In this document: positions 22,163-34,664 of the stretch, piece after piece | Position numbering within the stretch: position 1 is the first letter of the stretch | How the letters are laid out: each line of letters opens with the position of its first letter | Origin: Lytechinus pictus | Taxonomy: Eukaryota | Length of the DNA: 64,000 nt | Assembly (NCBI RefSeq): GCF_037042905.1 | Contig: NC_087251.1 | Location: forward strand, 682,001-746,000 | Direction: 5' to 3' | Program-made: the position numbers and the translations under genes | Notes under the pieces: model-generated | What the model was told of the DNA's origin: nothing | Databases searched by the model: none | Seen by the model: the letters and a program-made list of their open reading frames with translations, nothing else

Positions 22163-24623
22163 TAGACTGCTAGCACAGATTAATGGTTATTCTTTGTGTT
22201 ATAGTCTCCTACCAAGGCCCAGTCACATTTTACCCCAAAATTTGTTTAAATCCATGACAAAGTGTAGTACCATTAAATCAGTTGTTGCACCATGGACATG
22301 TTATGCCCTCTTTTTATCAAAGATTGAAAAAATATTTTCTAGAATAATGGACATTCTTGTCATTCTAAGATTTATTGTACAGATTTTATACAGTCATATA
22401 TATATATATGATAATTTGAAGAAAGCTTATTTCATGTTGTCATAGTAACAATACCTTATACATATGTATTGTTGATAAAAAAAAATGTAGGACTTTTTTT
22501 CTACCAAAGATCCATTAGAGAATTGAGTAAATGTTTTCCATTTGGTTGTTTTCCAAATATCATCCATTGTATACATGGCCAGAGTATTTAATTTGGGTTT
22601 CCATGATATATCAATTAGATACCAAGACTTAATGAATTCACAGAATCTGACGTTTATAGATGAAGATGAGTAGGTTTCATTCTTAGGATATCTTCTACTT
22701 AAATGTACTCAAGCACTACAAATACTAAGCTATCAAATATTAAGTCATTAGATATAATTATGATTATATAACTTTACACATTTTATTCTTTGCTTTCTTA
22801 TTCATTATTTAAGCGGCATTGAGATCTTCCATTTTGGTGTTAGAAATGATGTCATTAATGTAACAATATGAGGTATGTGTGGTTTGTATGTAGCCATTAT
22901 TCTGTTCATAACTTGCCATATTAGTAGTCTCCCATATTTTCCTTTTCACCAACTTTCTTTATTCACTTTAATAATAATCATAACATTTATATAGCACCGT
23001 CTATCTAGAAAAATTTTATTCCAAGGCACACAAGAAAAAAGAGAGAATAACAGAGTTTGAATGGGTATCTTTGTTAATTAAAAGATCATGAATGATTATT
23101 ATTTCTCTCTAAAAAAAAATCAGAAATCTCCAAATACTTTAGAACTTACTAAATTTACACATGTATATGAATAATGTATAGTAGTGCAGGCAAATGATGT
23201 AAATCTTTATAGTGTAAATTGATTTGATATATATTTTGCACATAGATTTTTGTATATGTAATTTTTTTTTATTGCAAAAGGAGAAATGCTCTGATTTCTC
23301 CCCATCCACTTCTGCATTTATTGTTAGAAGAAGAGACTGCAATTCACATTTGATTATTTGTATCTGTTTGGTTAGTATATTATAATACATGATGTTCCTA
23401 GTTTCATTTCTGTTTGGAAAGATTTTCATGAATTTACTCTTGACTTGAATATTAAATGCAACAAGAGAACATAAGAATAATACATTACCTTCAATAATCT
23501 ATTAAATTGTGATAATAACTATTGGCTATTTCAACCTATTATGATAACCATACTCCAGTCAATTTCAAATGCATGGCTTCATCTTTCTGTTCAAAGGAAT
23601 TGATAATTATGCTTTTCAATAATGATAGCTAAAATGTTCTATTTAAAATGATAAAGATGTGAATGTCCTGTTTTATAAAGCTGTTCTCATGACTGTAACC
23701 CTAGATGAGATATAAGTAACACAAGTTTTCCTTGGTTTAACATTATGGGAGTGTTAAATCAAGTTTAAATGAGAATATTGAATTTTTTATGCAGGCAATT
23801 GTAAAAAAAAAAAAAAGATTGGATTTTCAAGTTTATTTGAAGGGAATGGAAATGATTGAGAATTTGGTACTCATAGAAGGGTTGTTCATTAAGTTAGGCA
23901 TAACTGACAAACAGCTTTATAAAAGACTACCCAGATATGATCTTTATGTAATATTGTGGGAGCCTTTGTGCCTTCACCTCACCACCCTGACAATGTATAG
24001 AGACTTGCTAGGGTTCTAGTCTAAACTTTGTAGTTAACATGTCTGTCACATTACATACTTGTTTGTGTCCACAATTATATGTGTAGTATATTATTATTGG
24101 TATTTGCAGATTGTCTATTGATAATAAAATGAAAGCATATTAATTGGTTATGTGTTGGGTTTTTTTTTCATGGATTGTAATATTTTTTTTCAATTGTTTT
24201 GAGATCTTATTGATTTCACAATTTTATTTTAATTATCTGTTTGAGTGAATAATTAGGGTCACATGATCTAAAAATCCATTCACAGGAGTAAGATGTTCTT
24301 AGACTTTTTTTTTCAAATAAAGCTAAATATGTAAAGGGTACTCTGGACTGAAATATGGAGATGGTTTGAAAAAAAAGGGAATGGAATAAGTGAATAAGTA
24401 AAATGCTGAAAATGTCATTTTATGTAGTAGATTATGAATTTTATTTAATGTACATGTATATAGTTTTGAGTATTAATGAAACAGCAGTGCATGTTGGCTT
24501 GAATGTATGTAATTAGTAAAGCACTGATGATGTCACATCTTCCTTTCTCTTCAAAAACATCTCCCCTGTTCAGATAAGCTAAAGCAATGATCATCGTACA
24601 GAATGAATGAGGAGTTTATTTTT

Positions 24624-24802
24624 TTCTCTCCTGCATAGCAGAAGTGAAACTAAGGCATCAACACCCTAGGATCAGTTTGTTTTTATATGTCATAACTTTG
24701 AAAGTACAATGACCTTTATCATGAAACATGGACATAAGGGATGATCAAGTATAACTGATCCTTTGCCATGAATTTCAGGACTCGTAATCAAGATCAAAGG
24801 TT
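24624..24802 (+). mobile_element. HINE family A, old remnant
   Basis: cctgcatagcagaagtgaaacta plus one diverged tandem unit. Confidence 0.5.
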
Positions 24803-25411
24803 AAACATTGTTAAACCATATATGTGGTATCATTGTAAAAAATATTAACCAAAGCTCTCCAATTGTTTTTAAAAAATATAGGCCTATATATATATCTTTT
24901 TCTTCTAAAATATTAAAAGTGAGTAACGTCCTGTTTGTTACCCATCTATATTGATTTTTTTCTCTGTTATGGTAAAAACATGTGAAATGCCATATCTTTG
25001 ATTTCATCTGATTGAAATGCAATTTTGGTGTTGACCCTACCTTTTTGAAATACAGATGCACTTGAATCATCCCATTACTTTAAGACCACCTGAAAATTTG
25101 TATAATACAGCACATGTATTTAATTGTAACATACTGTAATAGTTGCATTTAAAACTGGCCAATATATTATTTGTTGGTGTTAGGGAATTTAGTTTAAAGA
25201 ATTGTCCAATAGCTTTACTACCGTAATCCTTTTGTTAAAAAAGTTTGAAAAAATACTTTGGAAAACAAAAAGGACCAGTTAAGCTATTGGACAATTTCTT
25301 TCAACTAATTTCCCTTTAACCATTCAAATCAAACACAGAATCCACACCAACAAATTAATGTTAATGACAGTTTTTTTTATACAGTTTATTACAAGTATTA
25401 CATGCACTATA

Positions 25412-25894
25412 CTCGGGGGGGGGGGGGGGGGGGGGGCACTCAGTAAATAATGCATAGTGGGTACGTGCCGCGGAGGGGACCCCCATTTTTACACTCAAAT
25501 CTCCGTTCCAAGGCATAGCATTTTTGTCTTATTGAGAAAAAGAACAAAGAAAGCCGCTCCAAAGCATAGCATTTTCTTATCGAGAAGAAAGAAATCCGCT
25601 CCATTGAGCCGCAATTTTGGTGAAAAGCGGGCGCAAAACGCTGTTCGACCATCGCCTCTGCGCTAGCGCACCCGGCGCCCGTGCCGCCGGGCTAGCTGCA
25701 TGCACGTATGCTCGTTCCATAGGCAGGCGACCCGTTCCAAGGACCCCTGTTTTCACAAACATTTGTAGTTCCGAAGCCCGTTCCGAGGACCCCCTTTTTA
25801 CAATTAGCCCGCTCCAAGGCCCCCGTTTTTTGTCTCTTCCGCCGCACATACCTACTACTTTTTTTGGTCGAGTACCCCCCCCCCCCCCCCGGAC
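25412..25894. mobile_element. TIR MITE with CCCGGGG(n)..ACTC ends, unclassified
   Basis: CTCGG(n)CACTC ... GAGTAC(n)GG; ACTATA repeated on both sides. Confidence 0.65.
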
Positions 25895-25950
25895 TACTAT
25901 ACAGAAAAGATATATGTGGTCTTGAACTTTTGCAAAAGATGGTATGTATT

Positions 25951-28900
25951 CACGTACGTGAATCCCTCCAACTCAGTGTAAAAAGTGGGCGGAGCTTAAT
26001 CGGATTTTCGGGCCTAGCAACCCTGTTAGCAACGCCTGTTAGCATCGTTTGGCTCAATCTCCATAATGTCTGCGATATTAAAATCCTACGAACTGATGGA
26101 ATTATTCAAATTTAGTAAGGCTATGAATGTTTATCATTTACACTGACTATCGGTGTACAAACTCATACCGAATTTAAAGGCAATTGCCGGTTATATTACG
26201 AATTATCAGTCATTTTGATGAGTGATACAAAGTGCCAAAATTTATGAAAATATAGCGTAAATTTTATATAGCATTTCAAAATCCTTATTTTCAATATCCC
26301 CATAATTTTTTGTTGTTTTAAAAAATATCTTATTACATTAACCAGAATTTTCCCGACCTGATAACGTTAATAGATTACTGTTTCTCGGCTTTATGAGGAA
26401 ATGCCAGACCTTCAAAATCAGGTTAATTTTTGTTATATTTCTAACAGAAAATTGTTAGATTCTAACTACTATACCAACTGTACGCCCGAAGGAGGGTTAT
26501 CATCTCGTATTGTTGTGTAAATGATACATAACAATTCATTTCAGGAGTGTAGTAATCCATGTTAGATAATCTTTTTCACGATGAGTTTTGTAATGAAGAT
26601 AAAAAATCAAGTTCATTCTTGGCACGCGAGCCGCAGAATGATAAATGTTAGCGTGCGCAGACGGGGCTGATCCCTAGTGTGTCGGACGGGATTATCTAGT
26701 CCCATACTGGTCATGCTGGTTTCGGGTGGTATATTCCACGTACCTTTTCCCCTTGCGATGACCACTGTCCAGTTTTATAGTGCTTAATGTTGATACTTAA
26801 TCTGTGAAATGAATAGTTTACCGATATCTAAAAATGCTCTAATATACCTGACACATGAATGATTTCATTTTCGAGAATCATTATTTCTTTCGACCTGCAT
26901 GAATCACAAAAAGTCAATCTTATGGGTAAAGAATGTGTACATTGACTGTATATACTCTAGTTAAAAATGAAAGAATTGTCAAGGCTTGGGAAATATCGTG
27001 TTAAGTTTGCCCAATGTCATGAGTATCTCACTGTATGTTAAACAGATCACAGAATGACTGTAAACTTTGTAAATTCCACGGCTGCCTCCACGAACTGGGA
27101 CATGAAGACGACATGGCGGCTCCTGATTTGTTAAAATAAAAATGATGGCAATATTTACAACAATTTTGAATCATACAACTGCGATAAACCAGGCTCTCGT
27201 GATTCGGTGGATAGTCCCTATAACCATTGCAAGAAAGCAAAACATAATTTCGTAATGACCTGGGCTGATTGGCACTTTGCGAGAAATGTCTCGTTTTTGT
27301 CTCACCTGCATAGCAGAGTGAGACTATAGGCGCCGCTTTTCCGACGGCGGCGGCGGCGGCGTCAACACCAAATCTTAACCTGAGGTTAAGTTTTTGAAAT
27401 GACAGCATAACTTAGAAAGTATATGGACCTAGTTCATGAAACTTGGCCATAAGGTTAATCAAGTATTACTGAACATCCTGCCTGAGTTTCATGTCACATG
27501 ACCAAGGTCAAAGGTCATTTAGGGTCAATGAACTTAGACCATGTTGGGGGAATCAACATCAAAATCTTAACCTAAGGTTAAGTTTTTGAAATGTCATCAT
27601 AACTTAGAAAATATATGGACCTAGTTCATGAAACTTATACATAAGGTTAATCAAGTATCACTGAACATCCTGCATGAGTTTCACATCACATGACCAAGGT
27701 CAAAGGTCATTTAGGGTCAATGAACTTTGGCCGAATTGGGGGTATCTGTTGAATTACCATCATAACTTTGAAAGTTTATGGATCTGATTCATGAAACTTA
27801 GACATAATAGTAATCAAGTATTACTGAACATCCTGTGCAAGTTTCAGGTCACATGATCAAGGTCAAAGGTCATTTAGGGTCAATGAACTTTGGCCAAATT
27901 GGGGTATTTGTTGAATTACAGCCATAAATTTGAAAGTGTGTTGGTCTAGTTCATAAAACTTGGACATAATAGTAATCAAGTATCACTGAACATCCTGTGC
28001 GAGTTTCAGGTCACATGATCAAGGTCAAAGGTCATGTAAGGTCAAAGAACTTTGGCCACGTTGGGGGTATTTGTTGAATTGCCATCATATCTCTATAAGT
28101 GTATTGGTCTAGTTCATAAAACGTGGAAATAAGAGTAACCAAGTATCACTGAACATCTTGTGCGAGTTATAGTAGTTTTCAAAATCAGCACTGCTGCTAT
28201 ATTGAATCGCGTGATGCAGGTGAGACGGCCAGAGGCATTCCACTTGTTAGACTTTCGGCCATGCAATCTAAAGCACTTTTTAAAAAATCTTTCTAACAGT
28301 AGTTTATTAATTTTAAAATTAAAAAAAATGTAGTTTCTGTGTTGAAAACGGAGGGAAGATTGGAGAAGCCTTTCGGCTCTCAATCCAGTTCCTCTTCCTC
28401 CTCCTCCTTTTGTATATACCATCCCTTTATCTTTCTTATTTCTAATAGTAATTCCTGTTTTTATCGTGTAAATATTAAGATTTTACCTTTTATCATAATG
28501 GGGATCCTACAATAAGCTTTCCAGCTGTCCGAGATTACTGATTTTAATGCTACTGTATTTTATTTTGGTGACTGTATTCAATACAGTCAATAAATTGATT
28601 TTATTAGCCAATCTGGCTAAACACAATCAATTCATCAACCAATCAGTCAATTTTCTGCTGGTCCCATTGGCCCCCATTCTCTGCTACTGAGACTGACTAG
28701 GTGGTAGAGGGAGGGGGGGGGAATAATCATCATCTCACCGTGCTCACTGCCGCCCCAGACAAGTGCCTGTTTGATATATTTTAATTGCAAGGGCTTCTCT
28801 TTTCCTCCTATATCTCCCTGTTCTCTCTTTCTTTGTTTTTGCGTTCGTGCCATTATATATCTCAAAGATCAGCTCTCCCTATTTCCACTGTCTTGTATTA

Positions 28901-30349
28901 TTCCTTCCCTCCTGTTATGGTCAAGCTCTCCTCAAATAAAGCTTGCCCTATTAATATTTGCCCCTCTGTCATTCTACCGGCCTGCAATCTCCTTTTGGCC
29001 CCTTAATTTTTTTTTTCTCTCGGCCTCGACCCCTCCCCAATCTATTTCATCCAACCCTTTTTACTCCCCCAACTCACCATGATTATAATTTATAATCACA
29101 AGAGCCTGGTAATAGGCATATTGAAGGTCCTTATAAATATTGCTATTACTTTCATTTTAACAAATAATTTGAGTGCCCCCCCCCCCCCCCGGCGGTCATG
29201 CAGGTCGGCTTCATATGTTCCATAATGGTGTAGGCGGTCGTGGAATTTACAAAACATATAGTTGTTTTATATTTTCTGTTTAACATATACCGAGATGCTG
29301 ATGACATTGGACAAACTTAACACGATATTTCCCAAACCTATATCTTTAACTATACAGTCAATGTTACACATTCTTGACATCAGTTTGACTTTTTGTAATT
29401 AAGGAAAGAAATAATAATCACCGAAAATGAAATAATTTATGTGTCAGGTATATTCCGAGCATTTTTAGACATCGGTAAAGTATGAATTTCAGAGACTGAG
29501 TATCAAAATAAAACACTAAAACTGCACAGTGGTCATCGCGAGGGGAAAAGGTACGTGAAATATACCACCTGACTCCAGTATCGGACTGGATAATCTGAAC
29601 AGACAGCCAGGGCGATCAGCCCCGTCTGCACACGCTAAAATTTAGCATTCTGCGGCTCGCGTGCTAAGAATGAACTTGATTTGTCTGTTCATTACGTAAC
29701 TCATCGTGAAAAATGTTATCCAACATTGATTGCTACACTCGTAATATTTAATGTTATGTATGATATACACAAAATTATGAGATGATAACCCTTCTTCGGG
29801 AGAACAATGGTATAGTAGTTCGAATCTAACTATTTTCTTTTAGAAATATAACAAAAAATAACCTGATTTTGAAGGCCTGAAATTTTCTTATGAATGATGG
29901 AGAAAATAAGCTACCAACGTTATCAGGTTGGAAAAATTATAGTTAATGTAATAAGATATTTTTTTAAACAACAAAAAATTATGGGGATATTGAAAATAAG
30001 GATTTTGAAATGCTATATAAAATTTACGCTATATTTTCATAAATTTTGGCATATTGTATCACTCATCAAAATGACTGGTAATTCGCCTTCTTACACACAC
30101 TTGCTTATAGTTTCGATATAGGTTGATACATCGATAGTCAATATAAATGATAAACATTCATAGTCTTACTAAATTTAAACGATTTAATTAGTTTTTAGGA
30201 TTTTAATATCGCAGACATTTTGGAGAGTGAGCAAGAAGATGCTCGTAAGTGTTGCTAACAAGATTGTTAGGCGACCTACCGCGAGAGGGCTTTTATAATG
30301 GCGGGCTCCGCTGAGTTGATGCAAAGCCTATAGGCGGTTCACGTACGTG
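25951..30349. mobile_element. Fold-back DNA transposon derivative with ~1.15-kb inverted arms (Chapaev/CMC-like ends)
   Basis: Ends CACGTACGTGAA / TTCACGTACGTG; 4-bp TSD TATT (25947-25950, 30350-30353); arms ~25951-27110 and ~29205-30349 align as reverse complements. Confidence 0.8.
27296..28248 (+). mobile_element. HINE family A copy, nearly identical to 384-1330
   Basis: Same ends and units; differs by two extra GGC and only a few substitutions seen by eye. Confidence 0.88.
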
Positions 30350-30808
30350 TATTAGGATGGTAATTCTGTACACCATTGCATCTAGGTTGAATAAAATATT
30401 CATCACAAATATTTGTGCCTTATTGTCAAACCAAATTTTCAAGCAATTGGTATAATGTTTTTTTTCAAATCTGTGTTGAATATTATTCAGACATACAGCA
30501 TTTGGATATAATGTTATTATTAAAAATGACAACAGAAAGAAAAGAAATGGGCATCGTCTGCTACATGTACCACAAATAGCATTTTAGAACTTTTATGATA
30601 CACTTTGAGATAAAGGACAAAAGACTCCCAACTAACTGACAAATAATCTCAATCATATAATACCCCTCTAGTAAATCAGAATAATCCTCATTTAATCCCC
30701 AAAGCAAACAAACACATATGAACATGAGGGGAAATACCAGCATGTGCACTTTTCCTTCAGTAAACTAAATTCTTTGAGATAAAGAGTTTATTTATGATAT
30801 CAGACCAG

Positions 30809-30968
30809 GGGGCCGTTTCATAAAGCTGTTCGTAAGTTAAGAGTGACTGGTGATCCTTTCTTACGCGCTAAACCATCGCCAATTCAATATACCATTTACC
30901 ACAAGAAAGGTTCACCAGTCGTTCTTAAAGTCGCTCTTAACTTACGAACAGCTTTATGAAACACCCAC
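30809..30968. mobile_element. PIF/Harbinger-like MITE (GTTTCATAAAGCTGTT family)
   Basis: Long TIRs GTTTCATAAAGCTGTTCGTAAGTTAAGAG; CWG flanks; relatives at ~57290-57458 and ~63386-63553. Confidence 0.7.
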
Positions 30969-31491
30969 CTGGACTATTTTGAGCCATGAATTACTGTCAG
31001 TCATCACTAGTTAGGAATCCATAAAACAAATATTTTGATCCTGTAATCACTAGATAATCACTCTTGTATATTGACAGATCACTAAAATTGGTGAAATTAA
31101 GAAAATGTGAAGGAGATTGGCACCTGTCAACATGATTTCTCATCTCTCAAATTACACGTATTCAGATTATTATTGCAGTTCTTCCTACAGATACATTCAA
31201 GTATTTGTTTCAATGATAATACCACCCCCCCCCCCCACAAAAAAAGAAAAAAAATATTGAGTTACAGGCATAAACAGAAAACATTGGAGTAAAAGGTTAG
31301 GATATCCGATCTAGGCCATTGTGACTCCTTATATTTCAGTCTATCATTTTTCCCCAATTTCACCCCCCCCCCCCCATTTTATCAGTTAATACAAATCAAG
31401 TTTGTATACATATTAAACAAAAATAATAAATCAGCTAGAGAGTGTCTAACAATAAACAAAACTGACTGATCACATTAAATGTAATATTAAA

Positions 31492-32022
31492 AGGGATGGT
31501 CCAGGCTGGAGATATTTATATCTCAATAGGAGCAAAATGCTGAAAAATTGATCAAAATCTGAGAACAAATAACGAAGTTATTGAATTTCAAAGATTTGCA
31601 TTATTCCGGTGACGTGTCTTTATGAATATTCATTACGTGGGCTGATGTCGTATCCCCACTTGTTCTTTTGTATTTTTTTATATGAAATTAGGTTTATTCA
31701 AATTTTTTCTTTGACAACTGATTAAGTGCATTTGTTTATTACCGCAACTTATTTCATCATAATGGAGACACATCATTTACAGATGTATGAAAAAATGAAA
31801 CAATTATGATTTCATGTAATAACATAAGAAAGTGGGGATGTGACATTAGCCCACCTAATCATGACGATGTGCATATAACTGTTTTCACAAAATATAGATA
31901 ATCTTTAAAGTTCAATAACTTCGTTATTTGTTATCCGATTTTGATAAAAAATTTCAGCATTTTGCTCTGTGAATTTTACTCTATTTATTTAGATATAAAT
32001 ATTTTCAGCCTGGACCATCCCT
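31492..32022. mobile_element. Kolobok-like MITE (AGGGATGGTCCAGGCTG TIR)
   Basis: 17-bp TIRs and TTAA flanks; an isolated right half of the same family lies at ~32940-33122. Confidence 0.8.
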
Positions 32023-32730
32023 TTAAAGGGTCAAGATTTGTTCAACTTGCTCTCATTTCTTTATTTCTGTATCAATTGTGTTTACACTTTGTACAAATAA
32101 TCATTGGGTAACACCACACTTGTGTGGTTCATGAGGATGATAAGGTCATAGGTCATCTAAGGGTCATAATAAATCATACAAGACTCTGTTATTTATATGT
32201 GGTTCATAAAATATGGACATATGTAGTTAGAAATGAGGCAAAAATTTGGGGGATGGGATTGGTTGAGATATATTTGGGGAAAATTTGGAGTAGGCTAAAC
32301 AAGATAAGGAAAAGAAATCAGGAAAGGGAGGGAAAAGAAATGTGTGTCAATGTATAACTTCCCTCTTTTATTTTTTGCTCTTCACTCATCTTCTCTTAGA
32401 TGGTTGCCAAAGGAAATTTTTCAGGTTTTCTGTCCATTTGTCTGTCCCAATTTTCATTCTCATAACAAAAGAACTGTTGGAGGGATCAACTTTTAATATG
32501 GTCCAAGCATGCATACAGTAGTGTTGATATAGTGATAGGTTTGGGGTATTAAGGTCAAAGACCAAGTGTCACAGAGTTTTAAATTCCAAGCAAAGATATT
32601 CATTGACTAAAGATCCGGTATTTACAATAAACAACCAACAAATCCTCCTGTGTATAAAGCAGAAAGATACAAGGTGTACATACAAAGATTACTAGTATAT
32701 TAAAATAATATCTTGCTTTTGCGATACCCG

Positions 32731-32875
32731 GGGCCCGTTGCAGAAAGAGTTGCAATCGATTGCAACTCTAAAAATCATGCGCAACTTGATTTTCAACCAA
32801 TCAACAGCGCGCATTTGGGACTTGCGATTGATTTTTTGACTTGCGTTTAATCGCAACTCTTTCTGCAACGGACCC
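32731..32875. mobile_element. PIF/Harbinger-like MITE (GGGCCCGTTGCAGAAAGAGTTGC family)
   Basis: TIRs and CCG/CTG flanks; an inverted relative lies at 48565-48708. Confidence 0.7.
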
Positions 32876-34093
32876 CTGAAGATGGACAATGAGCTGATTT
32901 GGAGATCATGAGGTCAAATTTCTAAAGGTCAGAGGGGTAATCATCAGCCCACCTAATGAATATTCATGAAGACATGCCTTGAACTGTTTCACCGGAATAA
33001 TGCAAATCTTTAAAATTCTATAACTTCGTTATTTGTTATCCGATTTCGATGAAATTTTCAGCATTTTGCTCTGTGAATTTTACTCTATTGAAATATAAAT
33101 ATCTCCAGCCTGGACCATCCCTTTAAGATAATATGAGAAATCAACTGCAAACTTGGCACTGAGTGAAGATGGGAATTCAGGGTAACAAGGTCAAAGGCCA
33201 TTATTTCAAAATGGCAGAGTCATCAATCTTGAAGTCACTGACAACATGATTTATGAAACATTTGACCTTGTCTTGAATGCCAGTCATTGACACACACATA
33301 CATATATTGATTAACTACTTTAACACACCAGACATGATGATATAATTAAAGACACACCATAAATTGTTGTTTATAAATTAGCAAATTTATTACAAGCATT
33401 TCCCATTTTGTACACTAATATTGCTGAATTGAATTTAATGCATAGACAAAATCTGCCTCAGTAGGTAAAGCAATATTCTATTCCATATTCAACACAAGAG
33501 GGAGACTTTCACATGGCAAATAAAGCGATGTTTCTTCAATGAGGGGGAAGGGTGACTTTTACAAAACAAGACAAAGAAAATCATCATTTGGCTCATTTCT
33601 ACAGAGGTTGTTTTTCACATGGAGGGATGTGCAGGAATGCAAGTTTATGACTAAAAGAGAGTGTTGAAAGAGGGAGTTACATAAAATAAGGGGAAGATGG
33701 CATCTTTCATCCCTTTGTAAAGTGAATATTTGATAATTACATATTCACTTTACAAAGGGATGAAATATAGAAGGCAAGGCGACAATGAGAGTGAATAAAC
33801 TAAGAAAAACAATTAAGATATCAAAAAGAAGTTTAGATATTAACTCAGCTACCTGAAAAATAAAGAAAAGTATAGAATTTTAAGTTATGTTTTCGGTTCT
33901 TGCAGGTATCATTAACAAAGATACAATGACCTAATTCAGAAAAGCTTGAGAGATAGAGAGTGGGGAAGAAAAGAAAAATGCAGAAAGACGGGTTTTAAAA
34001 TTTGAACAAAGTATTACTTGGAACAGAAAGGAAAGAGAATGTGAATAGGATAAGAGATGGTGAGTGGGTCCCGAGAAGTAGAGAGGTTGATAG

Positions 34094-34664
34094 AACAAGG
34101 TGGTTCTCGAAACAAGGTGGTTCTCGAAACAAGGTGGTTCTCGAACCAAGAGTCTCGCCTGATATCATGATCAATATAATATGCAATATGATCTTTTGAC
34201 CTTAGCACCCTCATGGACACACGTGTGGTATTACCCACTGGTTATTTGTACCAAACACAATTGATGAAAAAATAAAGAAATGAGAGCAATTCAAACAAAA
34301 ACTTGACATTTTGACCCATTTATGACCTTTGACCCGATCACCCTCATGGACACACATGCGTATTACCCCCCAAGGATCATATGTACTAAGTGTCAACATA
34401 ACTGATGCAGAAATAAAAACAAGTTAAACAAAAACTTTAGCATTATCATTTGACCTTTTGACCCCTATATGACCTTTGACCCGATCACCCTCATGGACAC
34501 ACATGTTGTATTACCCTAGGATCATATGTACCAAGTGTCAACATAATTGATGCAGAAATAAAGAAATGAGAGCAAGTTGAACAAAAACTTTAACATTTTC
34601 GAACAGACTAACAGGTTAAGTGATTACGAGGTCTCTACCGAACTTCGTTCAGGCGAGACAAAAA
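34094..34664 (-). mobile_element. HINE family B, with a triplicated 3'-terminal 17-mer
   Basis: On -: T-run, subTIR GTCTCGCCTGA with nearby inverted AGAGAC, internal tandem units (TGACCTTTGACCCGATCACCCTCATGG on +), 3' subTIR TCAGGCGAGAC, hairpin GGTTCGAGAACC and CCTTGTT end. Confidence 0.75.

Noticed and set aside
25951..30349. Possible RAG-like/Transib transposon because of CAC termini
   Set aside because: The TSD is 4 bp rather than 5, the ends do not resemble an RSS heptamer/nonamer, and no RAG1/2-like coding remnant was seen
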